Assembly: GCA_963765675.1 (NCBI GenBank) | Contig: CAVXXK010000001.1 | Location: 1,184,001 to 1,248,000, forward strand | Length of the DNA stretch: 64,000 nt | Direction: 5' to 3' | Source: an uncultured delta proteobacterium | GTDB lineage: Bacteria; Desulfobacterota; Binatia; Binatales; Binataceae | Shown: positions 19,976 to 29,910 of the stretch, in pieces | Layout: the number at the start of each line of letters is the position of its first letter | Numbering within the stretch: position 1 is the first letter of the stretch | Notes under the pieces: generated by a model | What the model was told of the DNA's origin: nothing | Seen by the model: only the letters and a program-made list of their open reading frames with translations | Database searches by the model: none | Translations under genes and position numbers: made by a program

Positions 19976-20662
19976 GTGTATAGCGAACAGTTCAACCAGC
20001 CGGTCGCCGACGCGTCGCTCATCGCCTGCGCCCATTGCGATCTGCTACAGCGACTCCCCGACCTTGCGCCCGGCGCATCCGCGCGATGTCCGCGCTGCAA
20101 CAAAGAGCTGTGGCGCTGTCGTCAGGATTCGCTCAACCGGACACTCGCGCTGACGCTCGCCGCGGCGGTGCTCTATATTGTCGCGAACTCCGTTCCCATG
20201 CTCGGTCTCACCATCGTGGGGCGCGGCGCGTCGACTACGGTAATCGGGGGCGCCCAACATCTATGGGACAATGGGCAGCGAATCGTCGGTGTGTTGGTTC
20301 TATTTACCGCCGTGGTCGCGCCCGCGCTGCAAATCGGCTTGATGCTGGCGATCGTGCTCGGCGGTTTGCGTGAGCGTCCGCCAAAATGGGTGGGTAGATT
20401 GCTGCGGCATCATCCGACCACACGCATCTGGAGCATGATCGAAGTCATGATGGTGGGCGTGTTGGTCGCGTTGGTGAAGATTGCGGACTACGCGACTGTG
20501 ATCCCCGGCATCGCACTTTTCGTGCTGTGGGTGCTGGTTTTTGTGCTGGCCGGCATGCAGGCGAGCTTCGACCCCAAGGAGATTTGGGAAAGGATCCGAT
20601 GGGCTGACGACGATGCGCGAAGCACCACCGTCGCCGACGAGACGGCCGAGGGTATTTTGTGA
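19976..20662 (+). CDS. pqiA: Paraquat-inducible protein A, N-terminal half
   Basis: CAHCDLL..CPRC zinc ribbon, TM helices, WSMIEV..VALVKI. Confidence 0.9.
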   Translation: MYSEQFNQPVADASLIACAHCDLLQRLPDLAPGASARCPRCNKELWRCRQDSLNRTLALTLAAAVLYIVANSVPMLGLTIVGRGASTTVIGGAQHLWDNGQRIVGVLVLFTAVVAPALQIGLMLAIVLGGLRERPPKWVGRLLRHHPTTRIWSMIEVMMVGVLVALVKIADYATVIPGIALFVLWVLVFVLAGMQASFDPKEIWERIRWADDDARSTTVADETAEGIL

Positions 20663-21315
20663 GTCCGATTGCAATCACCGGGATGCAGCGTGGCCTGCAA
20701 AGCTGCGAAGGTTGCGGTCTGCTCTCGCGTCCGGCACCGGGCACTGACGAAGGACGCTGCCCGCGTTGCGGCGAAGCGCTCGAGTTTCGCAAGCGCGCCA
20801 GTTTCCAGCGGACGTGGGCATACGTGCTCGGAGCGGCGATTTGTTACGTTCCGGCCAACGTGCTCCCCGTCTTGACGACCACAACCGCTGCCGGCGCTGA
20901 ATCCGACACGATCATGCAAGGCGTCGTATTGCTGTGGTCGCCAACGGGATGGCCGCTGTCGATCATCGTGCTAATCGCGAGCATCATAATCCCGAGCGCG
21001 AAGATCTTGGCGCTCGCATACCTGCTTATCACCGCACAGCGGGGCTCAGCGGCGAACAACGAACAGCGGATCCGCTTGTACAGGATGGTCGCGTTCGTCG
21101 GGCGCTGGTCGATGGTCGATGTGTTCGTCGACACGTTCACGGCAGCGCTAATTCAGCTCCAGCCGTTGATGTCCGTAGAGCCGGGACCCGGTTTGATTTT
21201 CTTTGCCGCCGTGGTGGTGCTGACGATGCTCGCGGTGGAGTCGTTCGACCCGAGATTGATTTGGGATTCCATAAGTTCGCAAGAGACAGGTTCGGAAGAG
21301 GTTTCTTATGCCTGA
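20659..21315 (+). CDS. pqiA: Paraquat-inducible protein A, C-terminal half
   Basis: CEGC..CPRC, YVPANVLPV, VGRWSMVDVFV, FDPRLIWD. GTGA overlap with the previous gene. Confidence 0.9.
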   Translation: MSPIAITGMQRGLQSCEGCGLLSRPAPGTDEGRCPRCGEALEFRKRASFQRTWAYVLGAAICYVPANVLPVLTTTTAAGAESDTIMQGVVLLWSPTGWPLSIIVLIASIIIPSAKILALAYLLITAQRGSAANNEQRIRLYRMVAFVGRWSMVDVFVDTFTAALIQLQPLMSVEPGPGLIFFAAVVVLTMLAVESFDPRLIWDSISSQETGSEEVSYA

Positions 21316-22897
21316 TCGCGATCCGCCACGCTCCTCGATCCCGGAGTCGAGAGCTATCCCCAAGAAACGCACACGGCTCTCGCTGGTTTGGATTATTCCG
21401 ATTGTCGCGGCGATTGTCGGTGCGTGGGTGGCAGTCACGAGAGTATTGAGCGAGGGTCCCAAGATAACGATCGTGATGAAATCCGCAGAGGGACTGGAAG
21501 CCGGCAAAACCAAAATTCACTATAACGGCGTCGATATCGGCACCGTCACAAAGATAGAACTGTCGGAAGATCACCAGCACGTCATCATGACCGCGCAGAT
21601 GGCGCCGAAGACCGATGCATTTCTCGTTGAAGATACCAAGTTCTGGGTAGTGAGGCCGCGGATATCCGGCGCCAATGTCACGGGGCTTGGGACTCTTATT
21701 TCTGGAGCGTACATCGGCGTGGAAATAGGCTCTTCGAGGGAAAGCAAGCGTGACTTTACCGCGCTCGAAACACCCCCGGTGATAACCGGCGAGATTCCCG
21801 GACGCTTTTTCATCTTGAAGACACCCGACCTCGGTTCGCTGGACACGGGTACCCCGATATTCTTCCGCCGGCTGCAAGTCGGCCAGGTCGCATCTTACGA
21901 ACTCGACAAGGACGGCAAGAATCTGACGGTCAAGGTATTCGTGCAGTCGCCGTATGATCAGTACGTCAATCCGGAGACCCGCTTTTGGCACGCGAGCGGA
22001 ATCGACTTGTCGCTCTCTGCGACGGGTCTCACTGTACAGACCCAATCGGTACTGTCGATCCTGATAGGCGGCATCGCGTTCGAGACGGCAGCGAGTGATC
22101 CGATTTTGCCGCCGGCCGAGGAAAATGCCGTCTTCACGCTCTATGCCAATCGGTCCCAGGCCTTTAACCCTCCTCCGCGCAATCCGCAGACCTATGAGCT
22201 CATTTTCAAAGACTCAGTGCGGGGCTTGGCGCCTGGCGCGCCGGTCGAGTTCCGCGGCATCCCGATTGGACAGGTGACCGATGTTCGCGCGCAGATTGAC
22301 CTGAAGACTTTCGAGTTCCTGGTGCCGGTAACTATCCAACTCGATCCGACGAGACTCGGAGTAAAGATCGTCGGTGCACCCTCACCCAACTATCTCGAGA
22401 TTATGCGCAGAAAGTTGATCGACAGCATGGTCGCCCACGGAGTTCGCGCGCAGTTGCGGACCGGGAACCTCCTGACTGGCGCCGTGTACGTGTCGCTCGA
22501 CTTCTTCCCCGGCGCGCCCCAGGCGACCGTGGACTGGTCGCAGAAACCAGTGCGGCTGCCAACCACGCCGGGCCAGCTCGAAGCGACCGAGACGACGGTC
22601 GAGAACATCATCAAGAAAGTCGACAAGATGCCCCTCCAGGAGATTGGCAACAACCTTAACAAGGCTATCGCCAGCCTTGATCTGACGCTGGTAAGCGCGC
22701 GCGGCGCGATAGACAGCACCAACAATCTCGTCGGTAACGCCAACCATCTGGTCTCGCCGGATTCCACGCAAGCACAGAAGCTGGACAACACCCTTGAGGA
22801 GGTGAGCCGCGCCGCACGCTCCGTTCGGGTGCTGGCCGACTACCTGTCGCGCCATCCCGAGGCGCTTATCAGAGGTAAGCAAGGGAGGCCGAAGTAA
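21308..22897 (+). CDS. pqiB: PqiB, three-MCE-domain intermembrane transport protein
   Basis: SLVWIIP, AEGLEAGKTKI, FWVVRPRI, RFWHASGI, SVRGLAPGAPVEFRGI, YLSRHPEALIRGK. Confidence 0.93.
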   Translation: MPDRDPPRSSIPESRAIPKKRTRLSLVWIIPIVAAIVGAWVAVTRVLSEGPKITIVMKSAEGLEAGKTKIHYNGVDIGTVTKIELSEDHQHVIMTAQMAPKTDAFLVEDTKFWVVRPRISGANVTGLGTLISGAYIGVEIGSSRESKRDFTALETPPVITGEIPGRFFILKTPDLGSLDTGTPIFFRRLQVGQVASYELDKDGKNLTVKVFVQSPYDQYVNPETRFWHASGIDLSLSATGLTVQTQSVLSILIGGIAFETAASDPILPPAEENAVFTLYANRSQAFNPPPRNPQTYELIFKDSVRGLAPGAPVEFRGIPIGQVTDVRAQIDLKTFEFLVPVTIQLDPTRLGVKIVGAPSPNYLEIMRRKLIDSMVAHGVRAQLRTGNLLTGAVYVSLDFFPGAPQATVDWSQKPVRLPTTPGQLEATETTVENIIKKVDKMPLQEIGNNLNKAIASLDLTLVSARGAIDSTNNLVGNANHLVSPDSTQAQKLDNTLEEVSRAARSVRVLADYLSRHPEALIRGKQGRPK

Positions 22898-23487
22898 TGG
22901 GATTCCGTATCGCGTATTTTCTCTCGATCTCGTTGCTCGTAGCTACTGTAGCAGGATGCGCCACGGCGCCGTCGCGGTTCTACTCGCTCGATTCCACTGC
23001 TATCGCCGACGGCGCCCCAGCCACTTCAGTTACCGTCATGGTCGGTCCGGTTGTTGTCCCCGCTGCGGTCGACCAACCCGAATTTGTGGTCAACACCTCC
23101 CCAAACCGGGTCGAGGTCGACGAGTTCAATCGTTGGGTTTCGCCGCTGAGCGACGCCATCGCACGCGCTGTCGCCGGCGACCTTGTAGTCCTGCTCGGCA
23201 CGCCGAACGTGGCCACTGCGCAACTGGCTAACTTTAATCCCGAGTACCAGGTGACGATCGACGTCCTGCAATTCGAGTCTGTTCCCGGCCAGGCAGCGAC
23301 GCTGGCGGCAGTATGGACCGTGCGCAAATCAGACGGCGGAGAAATCCGCTCGGGCCGGACGGCCGCGCGTGAGTCCGTGCAGGGACCAGGCTTCGACGCG
23401 CTTGCAGCCGCGCACAGCAGAGCGATCGCGAAGGTGAGCGCCGACATCGCGACAGCAATCCGAGCGGAAGCCGAACAGAAATCCTAG
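22897..23487 (+). CDS. pqiC: PqiC-family lipoprotein
   Basis: Lipobox VAGC, SRFYSL, VDQPEFV, NRWVSPL. TAATG coupling to pqiB. Confidence 0.88.
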   Translation: MGFRIAYFLSISLLVATVAGCATAPSRFYSLDSTAIADGAPATSVTVMVGPVVVPAAVDQPEFVVNTSPNRVEVDEFNRWVSPLSDAIARAVAGDLVVLLGTPNVATAQLANFNPEYQVTIDVLQFESVPGQAATLAAVWTVRKSDGGEIRSGRTAARESVQGPGFDALAAAHSRAIAKVSADIATAIRAEAEQKS

Positions 23488-23522
23488 GACTGGGCGAATC
23501 GATATGCCAACGGCGCGAAAGC

Positions 23523-24287
23523 GTGATCGGACAACTGCGAGAGGCCATTCATCTTCGTCTCTCGCCTCACAGGCATACTGCGCTGCTCGCCGCGATCGTC
23601 GCTGCATTTTTGGTGCGTCCACTGGTCGGCGACTCCGGAATGGGTCCTCCGGCTTTCAGTATTGCAATGTTGGCGCTGCTATTGCTGGCGCTCTACAATA
23701 TCAATGTCGATGAGCTGGTCGGAGACCGGGAAACCCTTCTAGCCCAGCGGCGGAAGCGAAGCATCATAGCCTGGACGTTGGGAGTTCCGGCGATTGCGGA
23801 ACGATTCGTGATTCCGTTCGAGCCAACCCATTCACTCTACCTGGCCGGCTCGATTTTGTGGCTACTGCTCTTTGCTTTCATTACGTGGAATGAATTGCGC
23901 GCCGTACTCAGACAGAAAGAGATCACCGCGGAAGTCATTAGTATGTCGATCTCGGTATATCTGCTGTTCGGACTGACCTTCGGGCTTCTCTATATTGTGC
24001 TTCACGACATCCAGCCAAATGCGTTCAGCTTCGGTGGCTCGGGCCCGGCTTCCGAGCAGCAAGTCATCCCCGTACTTATCTACTTCAGTCTGACGACACT
24101 TTCGACCATCGGATTTGGCGACATCACTCCACTCACTCTGCAGGCCCGCTACGCGGCAGTGGCAGAAGGCATCACCGGACAGTTCTATTTGGCGATTCTG
24201 GTCGCCCGCCTGGTAGGCTTACAAATGAGCCAATCCGTACGCCAGCCAGCTTCATCCAGGACCGTCGATTCCCACCGCGCAGAGTGA
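23523..24287 (+). CDS. Potassium-channel (Ion_trans_2) family membrane protein
   Basis: Pore helix and filter YFSLTTLSTIGFGDITP, several TM helices. Confidence 0.85.
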   Translation: MIGQLREAIHLRLSPHRHTALLAAIVAAFLVRPLVGDSGMGPPAFSIAMLALLLLALYNINVDELVGDRETLLAQRRKRSIIAWTLGVPAIAERFVIPFEPTHSLYLAGSILWLLLFAFITWNELRAVLRQKEITAEVISMSISVYLLFGLTFGLLYIVLHDIQPNAFSFGGSGPASEQQVIPVLIYFSLTTLSTIGFGDITPLTLQARYAAVAEGITGQFYLAILVARLVGLQMSQSVRQPASSRTVDSHRAE

Positions 24288-24333
24288 TCCGGCTATCGGC
24301 CTGATTAAGACTCGGACGTCTCCGGGTCTTCTC

Positions 24334-24351
24334 GTTGTACCAAAGTACAAT
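24334..24351. promoter_or_regulatory. Operator GTTGTAC-CAAA-GTACAAT upstream of the third sulfatase
   Basis: The 21 nt TTGTACCAAAGTACAATATCG (24335-24355) are the exact reverse complement of 14435-14455. Confidence 0.75.
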
Positions 24352-24461
24352 ATCGTTCCATGCTGGCGCGCAGTATTAACACCCCAGAGTGGTGATGGCA
24401 GAAGGCGACATCCGCACCAGGCGTCTTGAAGTTTGAGCGCCTACTCAGACGGAGAAGATCT

Positions 24462-26975
24462 ATGCAAACCATAAGAGCCACAGTTTGCACCTTCCTTACA
24501 GCGATCGTCTGCGTGTTTGCGTTAGGGGCGGCCCTCGCATCGGCACAGCAAATCAATGGCGTTCCAGGTTCGCCTGCCGCCACCATGACCATAAATGGCA
24601 AACAACTTCCGCCGCCGCCGATGAGGTTTGGCGGTGTGATCAAGGAGAGCGCCAAGGATTCCAAGCCTTGGTGGCCGCCGCGTGTAGTGCCACCCAAGGG
24701 CGCTCCCAACGTACTGCTCATCATGACCGACGACCAGGGCTACGGCGTTTCTGAGACCTTCGGTGGCGTCATCCCGACGCCGGCGATGGATCGCATCGCC
24801 AAAGCCGGATTGCGCTATACTGAGTTCCATTCGACCGCCCTTTGTTCGCCTACTCGGGCGGCGCTGATCACAGGTCGAAACCATCACTCGGTTGGCTTCG
24901 GTGTAATCGGCGAATTGTCCACCGGTTACCCAGGTTACGACTCCGTCATTGGTCCGGAAAACGCAACCATCGGCACCATCCTCCGCGACAACGGTTATTC
25001 AACTGCATGGTTTGGCAAAGACCACAACACTCCGGCCTTTCAATACAGTGTAGCGGGGCCTTTCGACCAATGGCCGGTCGGCATGGGCTTTCAGTATTTT
25101 TACGGGTTTCTGGGCGGCGAAACCGACCAATGGACGCCGTATCTTTACCGCAATACGACTCCCGTGTTTCCGTGGATCGGCAAGCCCGGCTACAACCTCA
25201 CCACAGATTTGGCGGACGATGCTATCAAGTACCTGAGCGATCTGAATGCGGCCGCCCCCGATAAGCCTTTTTTTCTCTACTACGTTCCGGGAGGCACCCA
25301 CTCGCCGCACCAACCCACCAAGGAATGGATAGATAAGTTCAAAGGCAAATTCGACGTCGGCTACGAAAAATTGCGTGAGGAGATCTTTGCCAATCAGAAG
25401 CGGCTCGGGGTGATTCCTGCAGACACCCAACTCACCCCCTGGCCTGACGGGCAAACAGCGTATGGTGGTGCAAAGCTGCCGAGATGGGACTCGCTCTCGC
25501 TGCTCCAAAAGAAACTATACTCGCGCGAGGCCGAGGTCTTTGCCGCATACGCGGCCTATACCGATTATGAGATTGGCCGCGTGATTCAGGAAGTTCAGGA
25601 CGAGGGCAAGCTCGACAACACGCTGATCATCTACATTTGTGGCGACAATGGCACCAGCGCAGAGGGCACGTTGGAGGGTACCTATAATCAAATGACCGCC
25701 TACAACGGTATCTTGACCCTTCCGTTAGCTGTGCAGATGTTGCATTACAGAGACTGGGGCTCTGACAAAACCTACCCGCACATGTCAGTGGCGTGGTCAT
25801 GGGCTTTTGACACTCCGTTCAAGTGGACCAAGCAGGTGGCGTCGCATTTCGGCGGCACCAGACAAGGAATGGCCATTTCATGGCCTAGGCACATCACGGA
25901 TGTTGGAGGCATTCGCGGCCAATTCCATCATGTCATTGACATAGTACCGACCATCCTCGAAGCCACCGGCATCAAGGCGCCCGACGAGGTCAATGGAATC
26001 AAGCAGAAGCCGATTGAAGGCGTAAGCATGGACTATACATTCGACAAAGCAAATGCCGATGCTCCATCGAAGCACGATACACAATATTTCGAGATGGTCG
26101 GCAACCGTGCGATCTACCACGACGGCTGGATCGCATCCACTACACCTCCGGCCGCCCCGTGGCTTCTCGCAACCGGTAAATTGACCAATATCGATGACTA
26201 CAACTGGGAACTGTATCATCTTACCGACGACTACTCGCAGAACAACGATCTCGCTGCGAAGAACCCAGACAAGCTGAAAGAAATGCAAGCGTTGTTCATG
26301 ACTGAAGCCGCAAAATATCAGGTGCTGCCCCTGGACAACACTGGTTTTTCGCGACTGCTGACGGCGCGACCAAGCGCGGTCGCCGGGCGAACGGTTTTCA
26401 CCTACACCGGCGAGAATTCGAACATTCCTGTCGGGAATGCTCCCAGCATTTTGGACAAGGACTACACAATCACTGCAGAGGTAACAATCCCGCAAGGTGG
26501 GGCGGAAGGAATGATCGTGACCTTGGGCGGCCGATTTGGCGGCTACGGTCTCTATCTGCTCAAAGGCAGGCCGGTCTTCGATTACAACCTTCTCGATCTG
26601 ACGCACTACCGCTGGGAGGGGGGTCCGTTAGGCCACGGCCTGTTGGCCGATGCGCTCAAGCCCGGCAAGCATACGATAGTATTCGACTTCAAATACGACG
26701 GGCCGGGCCCCGGCAAGGGCGGAACTGGAGTGTTGACGGTCGATGGCAAGGAGATAGCTCGCAAGAAGATCCCGCACACGATTCCACTACTTATGTCCAT
26801 AGACGAGACCTTCGACGTTGGGAGCGATACTCGTACAGCGGTAAACGATGACTATCAGGTGCCGTTCCGCTTCACCGGGACGATCGACAAGTTGACCTTT
26901 AACCTTGGGCCAGAGCAGTTGACGGATACGGACCGAAAGATCATCGCAGAGCGATTAGCCCGCGCGAGGGACTAA
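24462..26975 (+). CDS. Large secreted arylsulfatase (Cys-type, CxPxR) with C-terminal beta-sandwich extension
   Basis: Signal peptide, APNVLLIMTDDQG, LCSPTRAALITGRNHH, GDNG, SHFGGTR. Confidence 0.93.
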   Translation: MQTIRATVCTFLTAIVCVFALGAALASAQQINGVPGSPAATMTINGKQLPPPPMRFGGVIKESAKDSKPWWPPRVVPPKGAPNVLLIMTDDQGYGVSETFGGVIPTPAMDRIAKAGLRYTEFHSTALCSPTRAALITGRNHHSVGFGVIGELSTGYPGYDSVIGPENATIGTILRDNGYSTAWFGKDHNTPAFQYSVAGPFDQWPVGMGFQYFYGFLGGETDQWTPYLYRNTTPVFPWIGKPGYNLTTDLADDAIKYLSDLNAAAPDKPFFLYYVPGGTHSPHQPTKEWIDKFKGKFDVGYEKLREEIFANQKRLGVIPADTQLTPWPDGQTAYGGAKLPRWDSLSLLQKKLYSREAEVFAAYAAYTDYEIGRVIQEVQDEGKLDNTLIIYICGDNGTSAEGTLEGTYNQMTAYNGILTLPLAVQMLHYRDWGSDKTYPHMSVAWSWAFDTPFKWTKQVASHFGGTRQGMAISWPRHITDVGGIRGQFHHVIDIVPTILEATGIKAPDEVNGIKQKPIEGVSMDYTFDKANADAPSKHDTQYFEMVGNRAIYHDGWIASTTPPAAPWLLATGKLTNIDDYNWELYHLTDDYSQNNDLAAKNPDKLKEMQALFMTEAAKYQVLPLDNTGFSRLLTARPSAVAGRTVFTYTGENSNIPVGNAPSILDKDYTITAEVTIPQGGAEGMIVTLGGRFGGYGLYLLKGRPVFDYNLLDLTHYRWEGGPLGHGLLADALKPGKHTIVFDFKYDGPGPGKGGTGVLTVDGKEIARKKIPHTIPLLMSIDETFDVGSDTRTAVNDDYQVPFRFTGTIDKLTFNLGPEQLTDTDRKIIAERLARARD

Positions 26976-27052
26976 GGCGGCAAGGAGCAATAGCACGTAA
27001 GCCCGGAGCGGTCGAAACACCAGTGATTAACGAAGATCGCGACTCTGAGAAA

Positions 27053-27499
27053 ATGAAATCCGCGCCGGAGCTAACTTCCCTAGACGCTCTGTACACCGCG
27101 ACCGCAGTGATTGAGCTCGGCGCCGGCTGCGCACTGCTGTGTTTCCCCGCGGTGAGTGTGGCGCTCCTGCTGGGAGCGCCGCTGGAGGCACGGGCTGCCC
27201 TGACCGTGGCGCGCGTCGGCGGATGCGCTTTGCTTACTCTGGGCGCGGCCTGCTGGCTTGCGCGCGGCGACTCGCAAAGCCGCGCCGCAAAAGGATTGGT
27301 CGCCGCGATGGTGGTATATAATCTCGGCGCAGTAGTCATTCTCGGAGCTACCGGTATCCGATGGCAGCACATCGGCGTCGCTCTGTGGCCAGCCGTAATG
27401 TTGCATGCGGCAATGGCGGCTTGGTGCATCGTAAGCCTTTTTAGCTGGAAGCATGGGCAAGAAACCGGCTCTACCGACGGCCTGTTTGACCGTGTTTAG
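27053..27499 (+). CDS. Small multi-pass membrane protein
   Basis: About four hydrophobic segments, in series with the neighbouring genes. Confidence 0.6.
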   Translation: MKSAPELTSLDALYTATAVIELGAGCALLCFPAVSVALLLGAPLEARAALTVARVGGCALLTLGAACWLARGDSQSRAAKGLVAAMVVYNLGAVVILGATGIRWQHIGVALWPAVMLHAAMAAWCIVSLFSWKHGQETGSTDGLFDRV

Positions 27500-27572
27500 A
27501 GAAACCGGACCGTGACGTCCGCCGGAATTTCACGATAACCTCGATGGCAATCGAAATTCGGAGAGGACGTTT

Positions 27573-28328
27573 GTGAGCGCAACGAACATCGGGTTTATCG
27601 TGTTGGCGTGCGTCTTTGGCGGTGCGCTTCTCGGGATGTTTCTTCGGGGGATTCTGCCTGAGCATCATCTGAGCGCGGATTCCAAGGATGTTATCAAGCT
27701 GGGGATGGCACTGACCTCGATGATGTCGGCATTGGTACTCGCTCTGCTGATCAACTCGGCCAAGAGTTCCTACGACACACAGAGAAACGAGGTTAGACAG
27801 CTCTCCGCCAACGTCATCCTGCTTGATCGGGTGCTCGCTCATTATGGGCCAGAGACGAAGACGGCGCGCGAGATGCTCGCCAACACGGTTGCTGAGATGA
27901 TTTCTCGGATCTGGCCCGATAGCCACTCGGCAGGCACTGAGTTGCAGCCGAACATTGCCGCGGGTGAAGGCTTCTACGATAAGATCCAGGAACTCTCGCC
28001 GCAGAACGAAGTTCAGCGCTCGCTACAGTCTCAGGCGTTGAAGATGAGCATCGATCTCGGGCAGACACGATGGTTACTGTTCGAGCAAGCGGGCAGCTCG
28101 ATCCCTATGCCATTCCTTGTATTAATGGTTTTCTGGATCACTGTTATCTTTCTGAGTTTCGGGCTTTTCGCGCCCCGCAATGCGACCGTCGTCGCTACCA
28201 TATTCCTCTGCGCCTTTTCGGTTTCAGGTGCGATCTTTCTGATCCTGGAGCTGGATCGGCCCTTCGGCGGGCTGATTCAGATTTCCGATGCTCCGCTGCT
28301 CAGCGCCGTCGCTCATCTCGGCAAGTAG
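27573..28328 (+). CDS. DUF4239/bestrophin-like membrane protein
   Basis: LPEHHLSADSKDVIKLG, SAKSSYD, LDRVLAHYGPE, LELDRPFGGLI. Confidence 0.75.
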   Translation: MSATNIGFIVLACVFGGALLGMFLRGILPEHHLSADSKDVIKLGMALTSMMSALVLALLINSAKSSYDTQRNEVRQLSANVILLDRVLAHYGPETKTAREMLANTVAEMISRIWPDSHSAGTELQPNIAAGEGFYDKIQELSPQNEVQRSLQSQALKMSIDLGQTRWLLFEQAGSSIPMPFLVLMVFWITVIFLSFGLFAPRNATVVATIFLCAFSVSGAIFLILELDRPFGGLIQISDAPLLSAVAHLGK

Positions 28329-28355
28329 TATTGCACCAATACCCTGAAAATTTGA

Positions 28356-29903
28356 TTTGACTCTCAGATGTCAGCAAGCGCTGATACTCTCAATCAGTGG
28401 TACTTCGGTGAGGGTAGAAAAGGCCGCGACAACGACGGCTTCGGTGGCCATGTCACCCAGATATGCGGATGTGCGTCGATCCAGAAAAGTGGCTGCATCG
28501 GCACTTTGTGAGTACGCGATGGCTTTGAAGCTCGGCGCAATGTGCAACTGGTCGTCGCTTCCCAGACCAGAAAGGAGCGTACGCAGGCAACGTAATCTTC
28601 GATTCCCGCGCGCGACGCGATCGAGCAAACTTCCAGCTTTTGCTTAGGCCCTGCGCGATACGAATGTCAAACGACCCGGTTTTCGCGATGAGGTAGTGCC
28701 CCGTTGGCACGCTACAAATGATGGTCGGAGAGCCTTGCGGACTCTCTCGGCTCAGCGCAATCAGTCGAGCCCCGCGGGAAGGCGGTAAACTCGCGCGGCG
28801 GTTCCGCTAAAGAGCGCGGACTTCTCGGCAGCGGAGGCGCCGGCCGCGAGACGCTTGCAGGCGTTCCACAAGACTGCGTAGCTGCACCAGCGCTTTTGAA
28901 CCGGAAAATTGCTCTCGAACATGCACCGATGAGCGCCAAATTTCTCGACGCAGACCTCGAAGAAGGGCCGCCATGCGGCGGCGATGTTCTCCGAAGAAAG
29001 TGGTGGGGCGCCGCCCTGCCGCCCCGGTCCGGAGCGCCGGACCGGAAGCGCACCGAGCTTCACGTGGACATTGTCGTGAGACGCAACCGCCGTCATAGCC
29101 GCACGCCATTCGGCAAAGGCCTCTGCAGCGCGACCTGCGTTGGGACCGCCGAGAATCGGGCTGCCGAAATGGTTGAGGACGATTGGCGTATCCGGGAAGC
29201 TCGCAGCGAGTTCGGCGATCTCGCTCAACTGCGGATGGTATACCCAGGCATCGAAGGCAAGATTGAAGCGAGCCAGAAACTGGAAGCCCTCACGGAAACG
29301 CGGCTCCGCGAGCATTCGCGGACGCGGAACGGTTTTGTGCACGCGTTCATCCGCATCCCACGCCGTGGAAAACCGGATTGCGTGAAAGCGCCCACCGCTG
29401 GCGGCGATATGGGCCTCGAGGATCGGCTCGACGCGTGAGCCGAGGAACAGATTGACATTCCCAACCATCACCGCGCAGGCCCGCGTCGGTCCGAAGCCGC
29501 CACTCGCGCTCATCGCGGCCACGCCGGTAACGAACTCGGTCTCACCCAACGACCGAAGCTCCTCCGGCCCGTCAGCGCGATACATGGATCCGCACTCTTC
29601 AAAGACCGTCGCCCGGATACGGTGGCCACTCGACACATCAGCCAACAATTCCGGGAAGAGGTATACGTTGCTGGAGTGATGCCACAAGTGGTGATGTGCG
29701 TCCACGATCGACAGTTCGGGCTCAATGATCTCTTCGCTATGTTGGGCCAACCACGCTTCATCGACCCGGCCGGAAAAATCCGCGCCAGACGCCATTACTG
29801 AAACTCCCTTCACACTGAGGTCGGTTAATCCGCCTAAGGTACGCCTTGTCCGGTGGAACGACAAATCAGGTTCATGCACTCTTTGACTCTCAGACGAGCA
29901 AGC
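28356..29903 (+). repeat. Imperfect direct repeat TTTGACTCTCAGA(N2-4)AGCAAGC at 28356-28379 and 29882-29903
   Basis: 13 bp identical plus 7 bp identical after a short gap. Both copies lie outside confidently called genes. Confidence 0.45.
28761..29795 (-). CDS. Amidohydrolase_2 family protein (lactonase-like)
   Basis: IVDAHHHLW, GETEFV, FDAWVYHPQL, VLNHFG, MFESNFPV. Start taken at ATG 29795. Confidence 0.9.
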   Translation of the reverse strand: MASGADFSGRVDEAWLAQHSEEIIEPELSIVDAHHHLWHHSSNVYLFPELLADVSSGHRIRATVFEECGSMYRADGPEELRSLGETEFVTGVAAMSASGGFGPTRACAVMVGNVNLFLGSRVEPILEAHIAASGGRFHAIRFSTAWDADERVHKTVPRPRMLAEPRFREGFQFLARFNLAFDAWVYHPQLSEIAELAASFPDTPIVLNHFGSPILGGPNAGRAAEAFAEWRAAMTAVASHDNVHVKLGALPVRRSGPGRQGGAPPLSSENIAAAWRPFFEVCVEKFGAHRCMFESNFPVQKRWCSYAVLWNACKRLAAGASAAEKSALFSGTAARVYRLPAGLD

Positions 29904-29910
29904 TTCTGCG

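Noticed and set aside
19976-21315. pqiA split into two genes
   Set aside because: Two-gene pqiA with translational coupling is a common arrangement, not a lesion.
28371-28710. Short ORFs in the gap after the DUF4239-like gene
   Set aside because: No recognisable motif, including transposase or integrase motifs. Treated as decayed or non-coding DNA.
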